This document shows, one piece after another, positions 17,712-27,196 of a DNA stretch of 64,000 nucleotides. Origin of the DNA: an uncultured virus (IMG/VR IMGVR_UViG_3300038335_000129) (Duplodnaviria; Heunggongvirae; Uroviricota; Caudoviricetes); the IMG/VR virus record IMGVR_UViG_3300038335_000129. One strand, given 5' to 3'. Below the pieces are notes generated by a model that saw only the letters and a list, made by a program, of their open reading frames with translations, did not search any database and was not told where the DNA came from. Position numbers and translations under genes: made by a program. The number at the start of each line of letters is the position of its first letter. Positions within the stretch are counted from its first letter, which is position 1.

Positions 17712-17880
17712 AATTTAGTCCTCCTTCTCATTTTATCCTTATGACATCGATTATACGCCAGTTGATGAATAAAATTCAACAGTAAATATTATTAAAAGAT
17801 TGATTATCTCCCTGAAAAGTGCTTTAATTACCTCAACAGGGTAGGATGCAGCGTGTTAGAACGATTTGAAGGAGTAAATT

Positions 17881-18039
17881 GTGGAAGAAAATTTATCAAA
17901 AATAACCGCTATTATTGGATCGATGGAGTTAAGCCCGGATGAGGTTTGTTCAGTTTTGTGGTTATCCGAACAAGAACCTGATCGCGTTGACGATCTGTGC
18001 CGAATCATGAGCTATCTAAAAGATTATCAAGATATCTAA
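17881..18039 (+). CDS. Small acidic hypothetical protein, 52 aa
   Basis: GAAGGAG RBS and GTG start. Ends just before a bidirectional terminator. Confidence 0.5.
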   Translation: MEENLSKITAIIGSMELSPDEVCSVLWLSEQEPDRVDDLCRIMSYLKDYQDI

Positions 18040-18048
18040 TATTACTTA

Positions 18049-18077
18049 AAAAGCCCAGGCTAAACACCTGGGCTTTT
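18049..18077. terminator. Bidirectional intrinsic terminator
   Basis: AAAAGCCCAGG-N7-CCTGGGCTTTT between convergent ORFs. Confidence 0.75.
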
Positions 18078-18308
18078 CGCTTCTACAAACCATCGTGGCT
18101 GCTCATAAAACAGCAGCCTTTCTTTCCCACCGATCTTACAAGTATACCTTATCCCAAATCCTCCAACTGTTATCGATGCCGCCGGTCGGGCATCTACAAT
18201 ACGGTCTATATCAAAGACCCGGCCGTCGGGCCACTGGATCGATAGCGGGGTTATGCCATCTTCATCAAATTTTGCAACCACTTCGACGAATTTCTTTACT
18301 AATTTCAT
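18060..18308 (-). CDS. Small probable SOS-regulated protein
   Basis: 82-aa ORF with GAGGTGG RBS and LexA boxes upstream. Confidence 0.75.
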   Translation of the reverse strand: MKLVKKFVEVVAKFDEDGITPLSIQWPDGRVFDIDRIVDARPAASITVGGFGIRYTCKIGGKERLLFYEQPRWFVEAKSPGV

Positions 18309-18323
18309 TTTACCACCTCAAAC

Positions 18324-18367
18324 AGAACATTTGTTTATATAGTACATCCGTTCGCTCTTGAAGTCAA
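18324..18367 (-). promoter_or_regulatory. Promoter overlapped by two Firmicute LexA boxes
   Basis: TTGACT-17-TACTAT (18367-18339). AGAACatttGTTTA at 18324-18337 and CGAACggatGTACT at 18354-18341. Confidence 0.65.
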
Positions 18368-18482
18368 CAAAAAAGAAGATGCTAGATCTTGGCACCTTCT
18401 TTCGTAATTTTTATATAAGCAATTGCGAATAAATATATTTGCTAATCTTAACCGTGATTTTTTTCTTGATCATGGTAGTTCA

Positions 18483-19856
18483 CTATTTTTGCACATTATA
18501 CATTGTTAACGTTTCTAAAATAAATAATTTTACTTCCTCGTATTTCGCTCTATGTTCGTTTCTTAATCGTTTTGCATCATCCCTTGATGCTCGATAATCA
18601 TAAGTAATATTTTTTTTCGCTTCGTCGGAGTGATTTTCAATAAATTTCTTAATTTCATGAAAGTACCAATTAGAAAACTCTTCCAGTTCGTCTTTCTGCC
18701 CTCGATAGATTCTTCTGAAATTATTTATTAAGTCCCTCATTTCATCTGAAGTTTGACCAAGTTCATTTATTATATCTTGCTCTTTGTAATTCAATGTTGT
18801 TGTTTTTTTATCATATTTTTCAAACATTTGTATATCTAAGATATCCATTAATTTTAGGCACGTGTCAATTCCAAGCTTTCGGTATTCAGCATTGATATTA
18901 TCAATTTTATTTCTATCAGCAGATTTTTTTGAAAAATCTATCGTCCATACAACTGCAATAATTGTAGCAACCGCACCCAAAAGAGTGCCATAATATTGAA
19001 GTAAATCGGCGGCATCCCACAATGTTAAATAGCTCACACGATAAATGCTAGGCTTGTATAATTCATTTATTATTATCGGGCCAATTAATCCAAATAACAT
19101 ACCTAAGAAAATTCCAATATATAACTTATTTTTTGAAGTTGCCCCTTTCTCTTTTTTCAATTTAGCGCCCCCATATTTTTTTTGATGCGGTTCTTCCTGG
19201 GCTTTAAGACCTGATTTCTTCTCACTGATTTCATTCTTTTCTTTTATTTTATTACGTCTGATTTCTCCTGGGTTTCTTAAATGTTTCGAAATTTTTGATA
19301 TATCTTCGATTTGTATTGTTACTATCCCCTTGTTCTTTGTTTCAATAAGTTCCTCAATTTCATATGATTTCATTTTTAATAAATTTCGCAATTTATAAAC
19401 TGCAAGATTTTCAACTACGCGCCTGTACTTTGCTGAGTCATCTTCTTTTTTTGTGTATTCAATCTCACTAAGTTGTTTATTTAAGTTATTATATTTATTA
19501 ATGTCTTCAAACTTAGTAAGTATATAATTGTGAGTATCAAAACTTATTTCTTTTCTATGAGCGAATATTAACTTGTCAGAATTATATTGAATGGATTCAA
19601 ACCCTGAAATAAAAGCATACTTAATAAGTATTTTAATTTCCTTAATATCCTTCCCTTTGAATTTTTTGCACAGCACTGACGGTCTCATGTGTACTTTACC
19701 AGTCCATCTATTTACTTCTAAATAATCATTTAATTTTATGAGAATTATTTCAGTAAAAAATATTTTACTGAAATACCCTAAAATTAGATTTAAAGAATGC
19801 TTTGTTAATATTCTAATTTTCAGCCAACTATTATTCTTCTTCTCTTCATCTTCCAC
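18483..19856 (-). CDS. AT-rich moron, two-TM membrane protein of unknown function
   Basis: 457-aa ORF with two hydrophobic helices. It has its own TG-a-TATAAT (19940-19932) downstream of the lysin terminator. Confidence 0.75.
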   Translation of the reverse strand: MEDEEKKNNSWLKIRILTKHSLNLILGYFSKIFFTEIILIKLNDYLEVNRWTGKVHMRPSVLCKKFKGKDIKEIKILIKYAFISGFESIQYNSDKLIFAHRKEISFDTHNYILTKFEDINKYNNLNKQLSEIEYTKKEDDSAKYRRVVENLAVYKLRNLLKMKSYEIEELIETKNKGIVTIQIEDISKISKHLRNPGEIRRNKIKEKNEISEKKSGLKAQEEPHQKKYGGAKLKKEKGATSKNKLYIGIFLGMLFGLIGPIIINELYKPSIYRVSYLTLWDAADLLQYYGTLLGAVATIIAVVWTIDFSKKSADRNKIDNINAEYRKLGIDTCLKLMDILDIQMFEKYDKKTTTLNYKEQDIINELGQTSDEMRDLINNFRRIYRGQKDELEEFSNWYFHEIKKFIENHSDEAKKNITYDYRASRDDAKRLRNEHRAKYEEVKLFILETLTMYNVQK

Positions 19857-19953
19857 AATAGCTCCTCCATCATTTTAATATGTGTTTCTTTTAAATATGA
19901 TTATTTCACTTAATATGAAATATTTTACACAATTATATCATAGTCAAAAAAAT

Positions 19954-19984
19954 AAAAAAAGGCCATCTCAATTAAGAGATAGCC
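19954..19984 (-). terminator. Intrinsic terminator after the endolysin
   Basis: GGCTATCTC...GAGATGGCC hairpin followed by T7 on the minus strand. Confidence 0.65.
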
Positions 19985-19990
19985 GCAAAC

Positions 19991-21634
19991 CTACATAAAA
20001 TAATACCCTTCCTGGTTATAAACCCCTCGAAGGGACGTGTTTAATTCGATATGCATAAACCCACTGTCTGGGTAAACCCGTACCGGTACGCCAAACTCAT
20101 TCCACATAATCCATGCAGCATCAACGATATTCATACCGACCACATGCATATCCACAGCATCGCCATCCAAATGGGTGGAGTTCCAAACGCCGCCAACCGC
20201 TTTGTTATCGGACGGACACCGGGCCCCACACGTAATTGCAACCGGCAAATCGACTCTTTCCCTGAAAGCGTTGAGAATTGGGTAAAATCTCGGGTTTAGG
20301 TTCGCTTCTTTGCCGTACTGGGTAACTGGGAACCCATCGCACGGATCTGCAATAGAATAGCCGTTATGCCCCGGGAATCCGCAATCGTCCATAAATTCTT
20401 CCTTGACAAAGTGCTTGCCAAAAATTGAATCCGGATCCGGTTCCGGTGTAACGGGCAGTTCTTCGACGGTTTTCATCAGTTCGAACTTCTTAAACGACTC
20501 AATCCCATCCAGCCCCAGGTCAACACCTTTAGGCACGATCAGAACGGCCAGCGCTTCCAGTCTCAGGCAAGCCCCTTCGGTCCCGGACAACTCCCCGTCT
20601 TTGGCCCAGTCCATGGTACCGACATTCTGGGAGTGGCTTCGGAACTCGACAGAATAATCAGGCGCATCGGCCCCGGTTAATTGAATCTGGATTCCCTCGA
20701 TCCGTTTACCTGGTGTTCCCGCTTCTGCTCCATCTGCGACAAAACCAGTCCATCCTGCATCTTGGATATGGACATTATAGTGAATATGGATATCCCGCCC
20801 ATCTACATTAGTTAGTCTTATCCGAACTAATTCTAACTGCTTAGAAAATCCGATGGAGCCAGAAAGAAAACCATTTCTGGAAGTTGGCGTCCATCCATAC
20901 CCCGGGATATAGACCTCGTATTCCACGCCGATATCCAAGGCAGTTGCTGAATTATCGGGCGGGTGGATGATATCGAATGCCGTTTCTGTTGCCAGGCACA
21001 CCTCGTGCTGCTGCGTCTCCCAGTACGGTATATACAATTCATTGATGTCGACCGCATGGCTGATCCCATCAATGATGCCGCTGTCTGATTTTTGCCACAT
21101 ACCGAATAGCTCGGGGTTTGACAAATCGATTGACGAACCATAATATTGGGCAACCCACAAGGGATCATCGGCGTAATTATGATAGCTGATGTAGTTCTTG
21201 AAATAGTCGTTATTCGCATAGACCCCGCCACGCCAACCACTGGCCTTGAGCGTCGCCTTGAAGATATCAATGATCTGATTGGCATTCGCCGCAAGCCACG
21301 GATCGCCCTCGATATCGACGTAAGCCGGCATGTCAAATTCTTTTCCGGCGATCAGCGAAACGAAATAGTTTGCTTCTTCCTGGATTCCTTCGATTGTATT
21401 GGCGCCGACGCAATAGTAAGGTCCTTTGTGAATGCCTACTCTGGTGCATTCTGAATAATTCCTTTCAAATGTGGAGTCCGGCGACGGGCGACCTTTTTCG
21501 AACTGGCCAGCTCGCATCAAGACAGCCTCAACCTTCTTTCCCTCGAACGTGGTGTTTTTTAACACACCCCAGTCAATCGCAGGGGTCGACGGATTCGGCC
21601 CCTGAAAGTAACTGATGTCAATCGCGAGATACAT
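19991..21634 (-). CDS. Endolysin: GH25 muramidase, ChW repeats, M15 peptidase
   Basis: IDISYFQG...VDIE (GH25), three ChW-like repeats, and RC...N..VGG...STHLDGDAVD...FMHIE (M15). Confidence 0.88.
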   Translation of the reverse strand: MYLAIDISYFQGPNPSTPAIDWGVLKNTTFEGKKVEAVLMRAGQFEKGRPSPDSTFERNYSECTRVGIHKGPYYCVGANTIEGIQEEANYFVSLIAGKEFDMPAYVDIEGDPWLAANANQIIDIFKATLKASGWRGGVYANNDYFKNYISYHNYADDPLWVAQYYGSSIDLSNPELFGMWQKSDSGIIDGISHAVDINELYIPYWETQQHEVCLATETAFDIIHPPDNSATALDIGVEYEVYIPGYGWTPTSRNGFLSGSIGFSKQLELVRIRLTNVDGRDIHIHYNVHIQDAGWTGFVADGAEAGTPGKRIEGIQIQLTGADAPDYSVEFRSHSQNVGTMDWAKDGELSGTEGACLRLEALAVLIVPKGVDLGLDGIESFKKFELMKTVEELPVTPEPDPDSIFGKHFVKEEFMDDCGFPGHNGYSIADPCDGFPVTQYGKEANLNPRFYPILNAFRERVDLPVAITCGARCPSDNKAVGGVWNSTHLDGDAVDMHVVGMNIVDAAWIMWNEFGVPVRVYPDSGFMHIELNTSLRGVYNQEGYYFM

Positions 21635-21636
21635 GG

Positions 21637-22008
21637 TTATTTACCGTCCGCTGGGTAAGTGGGGTTCGACCATTCTTCTTTGACTGCCTGTGCTTTTAAA
21701 TCCTTAATAAATTGTTCAACTTGCTGTTTCGATACGGTTCCCATTTTCATTAAATCTAATATATGTTGTGCGGTGACAGCCTCCGGGGTAACGTTCCAGT
21801 TTTTCCATTTATTGTAAAATGGAACGATGATCACCAGTGCCCCCGATATGGCGATATACAGGAAATCTTCGGACACTGAGATCGGATTGATCCCGAATAT
21901 GGTTAAGGCTCCGTTGACCACGACAAGAGCCAAAACGATCAGCTGAACCCATTCCTCGACTGACATACAACCTAAACCATCTATAAAACTGATTATTTTT
22001 TGTTTCAT
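21637..22008 (-). CDS. Holin
   Basis: Two TM segments with a WKNWNVT motif, directly upstream of the lysin. Confidence 0.8.
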   Translation of the reverse strand: MKQKIISFIDGLGCMSVEEWVQLIVLALVVVNGALTIFGINPISVSEDFLYIAISGALVIIVPFYNKWKNWNVTPEAVTAQHILDLMKMGTVSKQQVEQFIKDLKAQAVKEEWSNPTYPADGK

Positions 22009-22298
22009 CTTATTTCTCCTTCTAATCCATCAATGCGCTTATGCGCTTGTTTTGCCGATTCTTCTACACCACAAACCCGCTCAAGCAAATCAGTATGTTT
22101 GTCGGCTTGCTTTTCTAATTTTTTATCAATCCCGTCAACGCTTGATTTTATATAACCCATATCTGACGTGATTGTCGCAATGCTGGCACCCTCAGCCTTG
22201 TCATCTTTGGTCTTATTCCTGCCGAATACTAACCACGCGAGCACAAAACCACCAACCGTACAGACTAGGCTTGTCACAACTGTAATGTCTACATTCAT
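22005..22298 (-). CDS. Holin-like / lysis-associated membrane protein
   Basis: N-terminal TM, coiled coil, VEESAKQAHKRID motif. Confidence 0.7.
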   Translation of the reverse strand: MNVDITVVTSLVCTVGGFVLAWLVFGRNKTKDDKAEGASIATITSDMGYIKSSVDGIDKKLEKQADKHTDLLERVCGVEESAKQAHKRIDGLEGEIR

Positions 22299-22359
22299 AA
22301 ACCGTCCCCTTTCAAATAAATAGGGACGGTTTCCCGCCCCTGAGCAATAAAAAAACAGC

Positions 22360-22512
22360 CTAAGCTGCTGCGTTCAACAATGCTACCAATTCATTGTACT
22401 GATCCTGGTTGATCCGGTTATTAAGCAAGAAAACATCAAGCTTAATCATCATTTCTTCTTTGGTTCCATAGTTGCCATTTGTGATCACTTTTTTACAATA
22501 TGTATAAGTCAT
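22360..22512 (-). CDS. Small XkdX-like protein, 50 aa
   Basis: Hand translation MTYTYCKK...RINQDQYNEL, GGAGG RBS, position after the tail genes. Confidence 0.6.
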   Translation of the reverse strand: MTYTYCKKVITNGNYGTKEEMMIKLDVFLLNNRINQDQYNELVALLNAAA

Positions 22513-22528
22513 TTTTCACACCTCCTTT

Positions 22529-22855
22529 CTATAATCCTAATTCAATATTGGATAATCTGAAATCCAGATCTACCATGTATTCGGCCGTTTGATTTTCCAG
22601 CAGATCGATCTTTTCAGCTTGAATCTGCTCCGGAGTTTTTGGGATATCTGCATATTCAAACCAGAAACCCTGTTCCGGGGTGTAGAACATCACCGATGAC
22701 TTGCCCTCTATTTGCTTCGGTTCGGGTATATCCTCGACTAGAAAACCGATTTGCAATAATTCTTCTTCTGTTTTGCTTAAACCGAATTCTTTATCAAACG
22801 GCTTGTAGTGGCAGTATTTAATTTCATTATCGCTGCTAGTTTGCACAAAAATCAT
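22529..22855 (-). CDS. Tail fibre-associated protein (XkdW-like position)
   Basis: Position and C-terminal coiled coil. Confidence 0.55.
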   Translation of the reverse strand: MIFVQTSSDNEIKYCHYKPFDKEFGLSKTEEELLQIGFLVEDIPEPKQIEGKSSVMFYTPEQGFWFEYADIPKTPEQIQAEKIDLLENQTAEYMVDLDFRLSNIELGL

Positions 22856-22875
22856 TGTATTTCTCCTTCAATTAA

Positions 22876-23994
22876 TTAAAAATCTGATAAAAACGCCCCC
22901 GGCCTCCCCGGTGTTATTGATATTTTTGGCATCCCGTTAGTGTTGAAAACCAAGTACCACAGCCTTGTTCTTGTTGCGAAATCAATGCAAACAACCCCTC
23001 CGCCACCACCGCCGGCTGAGTCATAATATATGTATACATTTCCCAACAGTTGGCACATATCACTATAGGTTGATGCGCCAGCAAAACCAGAGACCGTATG
23101 AGTTCCAAATGCACTAAAAGACGCCTCGTTTGTATCAGAGAAATTAACCGTTTTTTGATAAGAACCGGTTAAATACACATACTTAGAATCGTGAGAGATT
23201 ATGTTGGCATATGTGGTCGGCAAAGAGTATGTCTGGACAATAGCTCCTGTCAAAATGTCTACAATAATAAATTTATATAGGCCGCTTGAATCAATGTAAA
23301 CAAAATAGACTCGTCCGTTTAGATAATTTACGAATCTTCCCATAGCACTTGTATTATTTGTTATGTTTTTAGTCCACACCACCGTCAGATTTTCTGTAAG
23401 TTTAAGGTATTTTTTGTATTCGGAATTACCACTTCTTCCACAAATTATATAAAAATTACCACTTTCATCACAGTCTATCGACATCGGTGCAGATCCAACC
23501 TCGTACCGGTTTATATAAGAACTAAGGGTATAATCAAATGTGTCAACGTATTTTACCGAGGCGGTATACCAAATTACAGCCACAGTTCCATTTTTTGTAA
23601 TGCACATATCTGTATGAGGGGCACTTGCTACGAGCGTTTTTTGTGATACAAGAGCTAAGTCAGGTGTATAATGTTGAATTATTCTTGCCGTCCCATTACT
23701 TACTAACATAAAAACGTGGCCATCTTTATCAACTTCCATCAAATCGGCGTAACCCGAAAAGTTCACACTGCCAAGAACATTGTGATTTAAGTCACGTTTG
23801 TACAAAGTCCCCGTTGACAACGTTGAATCGTAATTTGTTGTATACATTGTGTTGTATTGTATACATTCTTTCCAGGTTGAAGCAATATTTAACGATGGCT
23901 TAACTTTCTGCTTCCACACACCGCCTACTTTTTCCCAAACGTTTTTAACCTTTTTCCATGTTCCGCTCACTTTAATCCATGTCGCTTTTGCCAT
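22876..23994 (-). CDS. Putative receptor-binding adhesin (beta-rich)
   Basis: Trp/Lys-repeat N-terminus, beta-propeller-like body, follows the fibre gene. Confidence 0.6.
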   Translation of the reverse strand: MAKATWIKVSGTWKKVKNVWEKVGGVWKQKVKPSLNIASTWKECIQYNTMYTTNYDSTLSTGTLYKRDLNHNVLGSVNFSGYADLMEVDKDGHVFMLVSNGTARIIQHYTPDLALVSQKTLVASAPHTDMCITKNGTVAVIWYTASVKYVDTFDYTLSSYINRYEVGSAPMSIDCDESGNFYIICGRSGNSEYKKYLKLTENLTVVWTKNITNNTSAMGRFVNYLNGRVYFVYIDSSGLYKFIIVDILTGAIVQTYSLPTTYANIISHDSKYVYLTGSYQKTVNFSDTNEASFSAFGTHTVSGFAGASTYSDMCQLLGNVYIYYDSAGGGGGGVVCIDFATRTRLWYLVFNTNGMPKISITPGRPGAFLSDF

Positions 23995-24002
23995 ATCAGT
24001 AC

Positions 24003-24359
24003 CTACTCATACTGAAAATAAACATCGCCGTCTGCTCCACCAGTCGGGGCGGCGGTACCGGACGTTATTTTTACGTGGATGTTTGCGGTATTTACATGCG
24101 TCTGTATGGGTGTTAACGCACCTTGCGTTGCGACACTAACAGGCTTATTTGCGTCGCTGGTGTTATCGCAATTGCCCAGCCCGACCTGTGTTTTTGTGAC
24201 GGCGTGTGGGTTGGCGGTGTTGGCGGAGTGGTCTTCGGCCGAAGCCTCCAACGCATTGTGTTCTTCGATTAATTCGTTTCCGATAACAATTATTTTGCCG
24301 TTTATAACATCATCTATTACATCATCTGTTGTTTCAAATTCTATAAATCGATTCTCCAT
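24003..24359 (-). CDS. Short tail fibre stalk protein
   Basis: NPHAVTKTQVGLGNCDNTSDANKPVS repeat and APTGGADGDVYFQY tip. Confidence 0.7.
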   Translation of the reverse strand: MENRFIEFETTDDVIDDVINGKIIVIGNELIEEHNALEASAEDHSANTANPHAVTKTQVGLGNCDNTSDANKPVSVATQGALTPIQTHVNTANIHVKITSGTAAPTGGADGDVYFQYE

Positions 24360-24372
24360 GGGTTACCCCCTT

Positions 24373-25353
24373 TCAAAATTGTTGTTTCCATGTTACTTCT
24401 ATTCGGGTATCGCTTGTTTTTGGGCTTGGTGTGGTATACATCAGGGCAATTAGAACATTGTCTGCATCGTAAAGACCATAAGCGGAAATTGTCTCTCCAT
24501 TTCCCTCTGGTTGCTCTAATATTCCAAATGTTTGAGCAACGGTCCCAGACTTTGAAAATGCTTCGACGCTTTTTCTTACCACTTCCCCGGGAATTGACGT
24601 CAATGCAATATCAACCGCCTTTGGATCTCCGGTCACAGAATTATGGCCACCGGTACCAAATCCAATTTGCGTAATGGTTGGGAAAGTTCCAAGGCTTGTT
24701 ATTTTAGCGGCACCAACCATTGTTATCGTCCCGGTCAAAATCGTGATCGGTTCGCACCAATGCACCGCGACGCCGCCTGCCTTGATAAAGCTCATCATTT
24801 TCTTTGTCTCATTCATGGCATCGAGAATCTTTTGCTCGGCATCAGAATAGATAAACTTATAACCGCCGTCAAATTTCCTTGATCCATCAAACTTTAAACG
24901 TCCATCAAAGAATATTCGGTCATCAATCAAGCCTTTATACTGATCCCTAACATCCTGAAAGAAATTAATATACCGAACCTCGACCGCGGCCGGTTCGTTC
25001 CCGTAGGTTGGGTTATCCCACGCCTCGCGGACGGTCAGGAAGTTATCGCCTAACAGCACCGATAAAACATCGTTAAGTGTTTCAATCTGGCCCCCGGATA
25101 GGTTCGCTCGAATTTTTACTTTCAGATACAACCGATAGGTCACATCATCCATGGACCCACGCTCTTGGAGCACATTCTTGCCAATGTTATCCAAGGTTAC
25201 GCCGGTCGCATTGTCTATTTTCCGATATAGTTCTATAGTCTCAAGGGCCTTTTTCAGCTCATCAATTTCCATATCAATGATTGATAAGAGCTTCCCCATA
25301 TTTGATGTGGGATCACGCTTGTAATTACTTGTCAGCCTTTTTGCTAGTTTCAT
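24373..25353 (-). CDS. Baseplate wedge / fibre-attachment protein
   Basis: ATGVTLDNIG...DDVTYR motif, downstream of baseplate J. Confidence 0.7.
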   Translation of the reverse strand: MKLAKRLTSNYKRDPTSNMGKLLSIIDMEIDELKKALETIELYRKIDNATGVTLDNIGKNVLQERGSMDDVTYRLYLKVKIRANLSGGQIETLNDVLSVLLGDNFLTVREAWDNPTYGNEPAAVEVRYINFFQDVRDQYKGLIDDRIFFDGRLKFDGSRKFDGGYKFIYSDAEQKILDAMNETKKMMSFIKAGGVAVHWCEPITILTGTITMVGAAKITSLGTFPTITQIGFGTGGHNSVTGDPKAVDIALTSIPGEVVRKSVEAFSKSGTVAQTFGILEQPEGNGETISAYGLYDADNVLIALMYTTPSPKTSDTRIEVTWKQQF

Positions 25354-26528
25354 GCGATCACCACTTTGGCATAATCCGTTATGGCCACTGAGTAGGTTCC
25401 AATATTTATATTTGCTTCAGCAAAGGTCGTATTATCGGTCGACAACGTCACGACAACATCAGTAACCCCGCTGACTTTGTGGCATAGGCCAATAATCTTG
25501 GTAAAGATCACATCTTTCTCAAGCCCCAACCCCGGATAAATAGCGCCATCCGCATCAGCGCCGCCGATATAGCTGACAATCGCTGTTTGAATGACCGTAT
25601 CGCCATCGATTGGGTAAATGCTGGTATCTTTGGTTAAAGTAACGTGCACATAAACAGGTACCTCGGTTGCCCGGGTGAACCCGACCTGGTGGACTTCGCC
25701 CTTGCTATCCGTTACCGGAATAACCGTTGTTCCGAATGCTTGGATGCCACCAGACTTCGTTTCCAGTATCGTTTTCGCAATCTCCGCATCAGCACCACCA
25801 TAAACAAAGCAACTTACGCATTTTGGTGGGATGCCGTCAACCGTGGCAACTGTTTCATTTTCTGTTACATCTGCATCGATCACGCCATTCAGATTGATTA
25901 ACGCTGCCTGGATACTTGGCGGTGTCGAACTGCCGCCCATGGCGATGGATTTATCATATCGGGTTCTAAAGGCCGTTGGTGTCTCCACCGCACTGCCACC
26001 GTATGTGTCCAGGGCATTAGTAACCGACGTAACCCCAGCCATTGAATTAACAATCGTGGTTATGGTACCAGCCGCCACATTTCCAGAAACGCCGACATCA
26101 ATCGCCTGGATATTCACATCAATTACGCCAGTACCGCCTATCGTCGCCTGCTGCAGTGTCCAGAACTGAACATTGTTACAGGCAATAACAAAGCTGGCCG
26201 GTATTAGCGTCCCCGGGGCACCGGTAAATGTTACGATCCCTTTCGCATATCCGGCCGCTTTTCGTGAAATGCTGATATACTGGCCGACATTGTCCAGCTG
26301 ATAACCCTCCGCGGTGTCTTTGTAGGCTGAATAATAGACGTTTTCTGCTTCCTGCCACGTTATCCCTAATTCAAAGGAAATAATCATTAGAATCATGCCA
26401 AGCGGGCTATTGACGTTCACATTAACATCGCTTCCAAAAACACCCTTGGCGTTTGATTGCAGCGACTCCAATATATCGATCTGTCGTTTTCGCTTAAATC
26501 CTTTTTCGGTTAATCCGAAATCACTCAC
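25350..26528 (-). CDS. Baseplate J-like protein
   Basis: TAEGYQLD, G..GNVAAGTI and GGSAVET...FRTR motifs. Confidence 0.9.
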   Translation of the reverse strand: MSDFGLTEKGFKRKRQIDILESLQSNAKGVFGSDVNVNVNSPLGMILMIISFELGITWQEAENVYYSAYKDTAEGYQLDNVGQYISISRKAAGYAKGIVTFTGAPGTLIPASFVIACNNVQFWTLQQATIGGTGVIDVNIQAIDVGVSGNVAAGTITTIVNSMAGVTSVTNALDTYGGSAVETPTAFRTRYDKSIAMGGSSTPPSIQAALINLNGVIDADVTENETVATVDGIPPKCVSCFVYGGADAEIAKTILETKSGGIQAFGTTVIPVTDSKGEVHQVGFTRATEVPVYVHVTLTKDTSIYPIDGDTVIQTAIVSYIGGADADGAIYPGLGLEKDVIFTKIIGLCHKVSGVTDVVVTLSTDNTTFAEANINIGTYSVAITDYAKVVIA

Positions 26529-26878
26529 AATATCACCTCGCTTTCCAGCGTTTCTCCGGTTGTTTTAATAATCTTTGAACTAATCGCAATCTTCCGGTCG
26601 CTGCGATCTTTGCTAATTTTCAAATCTGTAATCCGTTTGAACCGGGCATCGTAGGTGACGGCATCGACCATGGCCAGCAGGATCATATCATTTCTGGGGT
26701 TCTTGACCTTCAGCACGTCATATTCAAAGCCGAAATCAGGGGCCATAAAGAACTCGCCTTTATTGGTCGAAAACGTTCGCTCAAGAGCCTGCACTTCTTC
26801 GCCAGGGCCTTCGACCATTTCCAATACGCCCTGGTTATTAAACACCAGATCATCGTCAACGATTTTTAATGTTTTCAC
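26525..26878 (-). CDS. Baseplate gp25/W-like sheath initiator
   Basis: GEFFMAPDFG motif and position. Confidence 0.7.
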   Translation of the reverse strand: MKTLKIVDDDLVFNNQGVLEMVEGPGEEVQALERTFSTNKGEFFMAPDFGFEYDVLKVKNPRNDMILLAMVDAVTYDARFKRITDLKISKDRSDRKIAISSKIIKTTGETLESEVIL

Positions 26879-27186
26879 GAATCAACCACCCCCAAAATAA
26901 TGGCATCTGACAGGTTATCCTTGCCAAATGCCACCAAAACCGTATTGCCTACCTGTAAAGGTATTTCTATTTCGACAACAGCTCCAGCCGAGTTTAAACC
27001 CCACTCTTTCAGCTTTTTGACGCTGCCAATCTCCGGGTATTCTACCGCGCCGGTAACGTAATTTTTTACCGGTATTGGCCTAACAGATAAAGGAGAAAGG
27101 TTTGTAACCGTGCATTGCATCGTCGTGTTTAATTCGGCCAACCGGTCTTTAATGATTCTTTTTATTAATATATCGAGTTCGTACAT
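26875..27186 (-). CDS. Baseplate spike-like protein
   Basis: PLQVGNTVLVAF OB-fold-like motif, after the hub gene. Confidence 0.6.
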   Translation of the reverse strand: MYELDILIKRIIKDRLAELNTTMQCTVTNLSPLSVRPIPVKNYVTGAVEYPEIGSVKKLKEWGLNSAGAVVEIEIPLQVGNTVLVAFGKDNLSDAIILGVVDS

Positions 27187-27196
27187 GGTGTTTCTC

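Noticed and set aside
16520..17880. Precise attachment site of prophage B
   Set aside because: Its partner att and integrase are outside the window, so no core repeat can be supported.
24860..24915. 18-bp imperfect repeats in the baseplate gene
   Set aside because: They encode FDG peptide repeats. There is no reverse transcriptase or template/variable repeat pair to suggest a diversity-generating retroelement.
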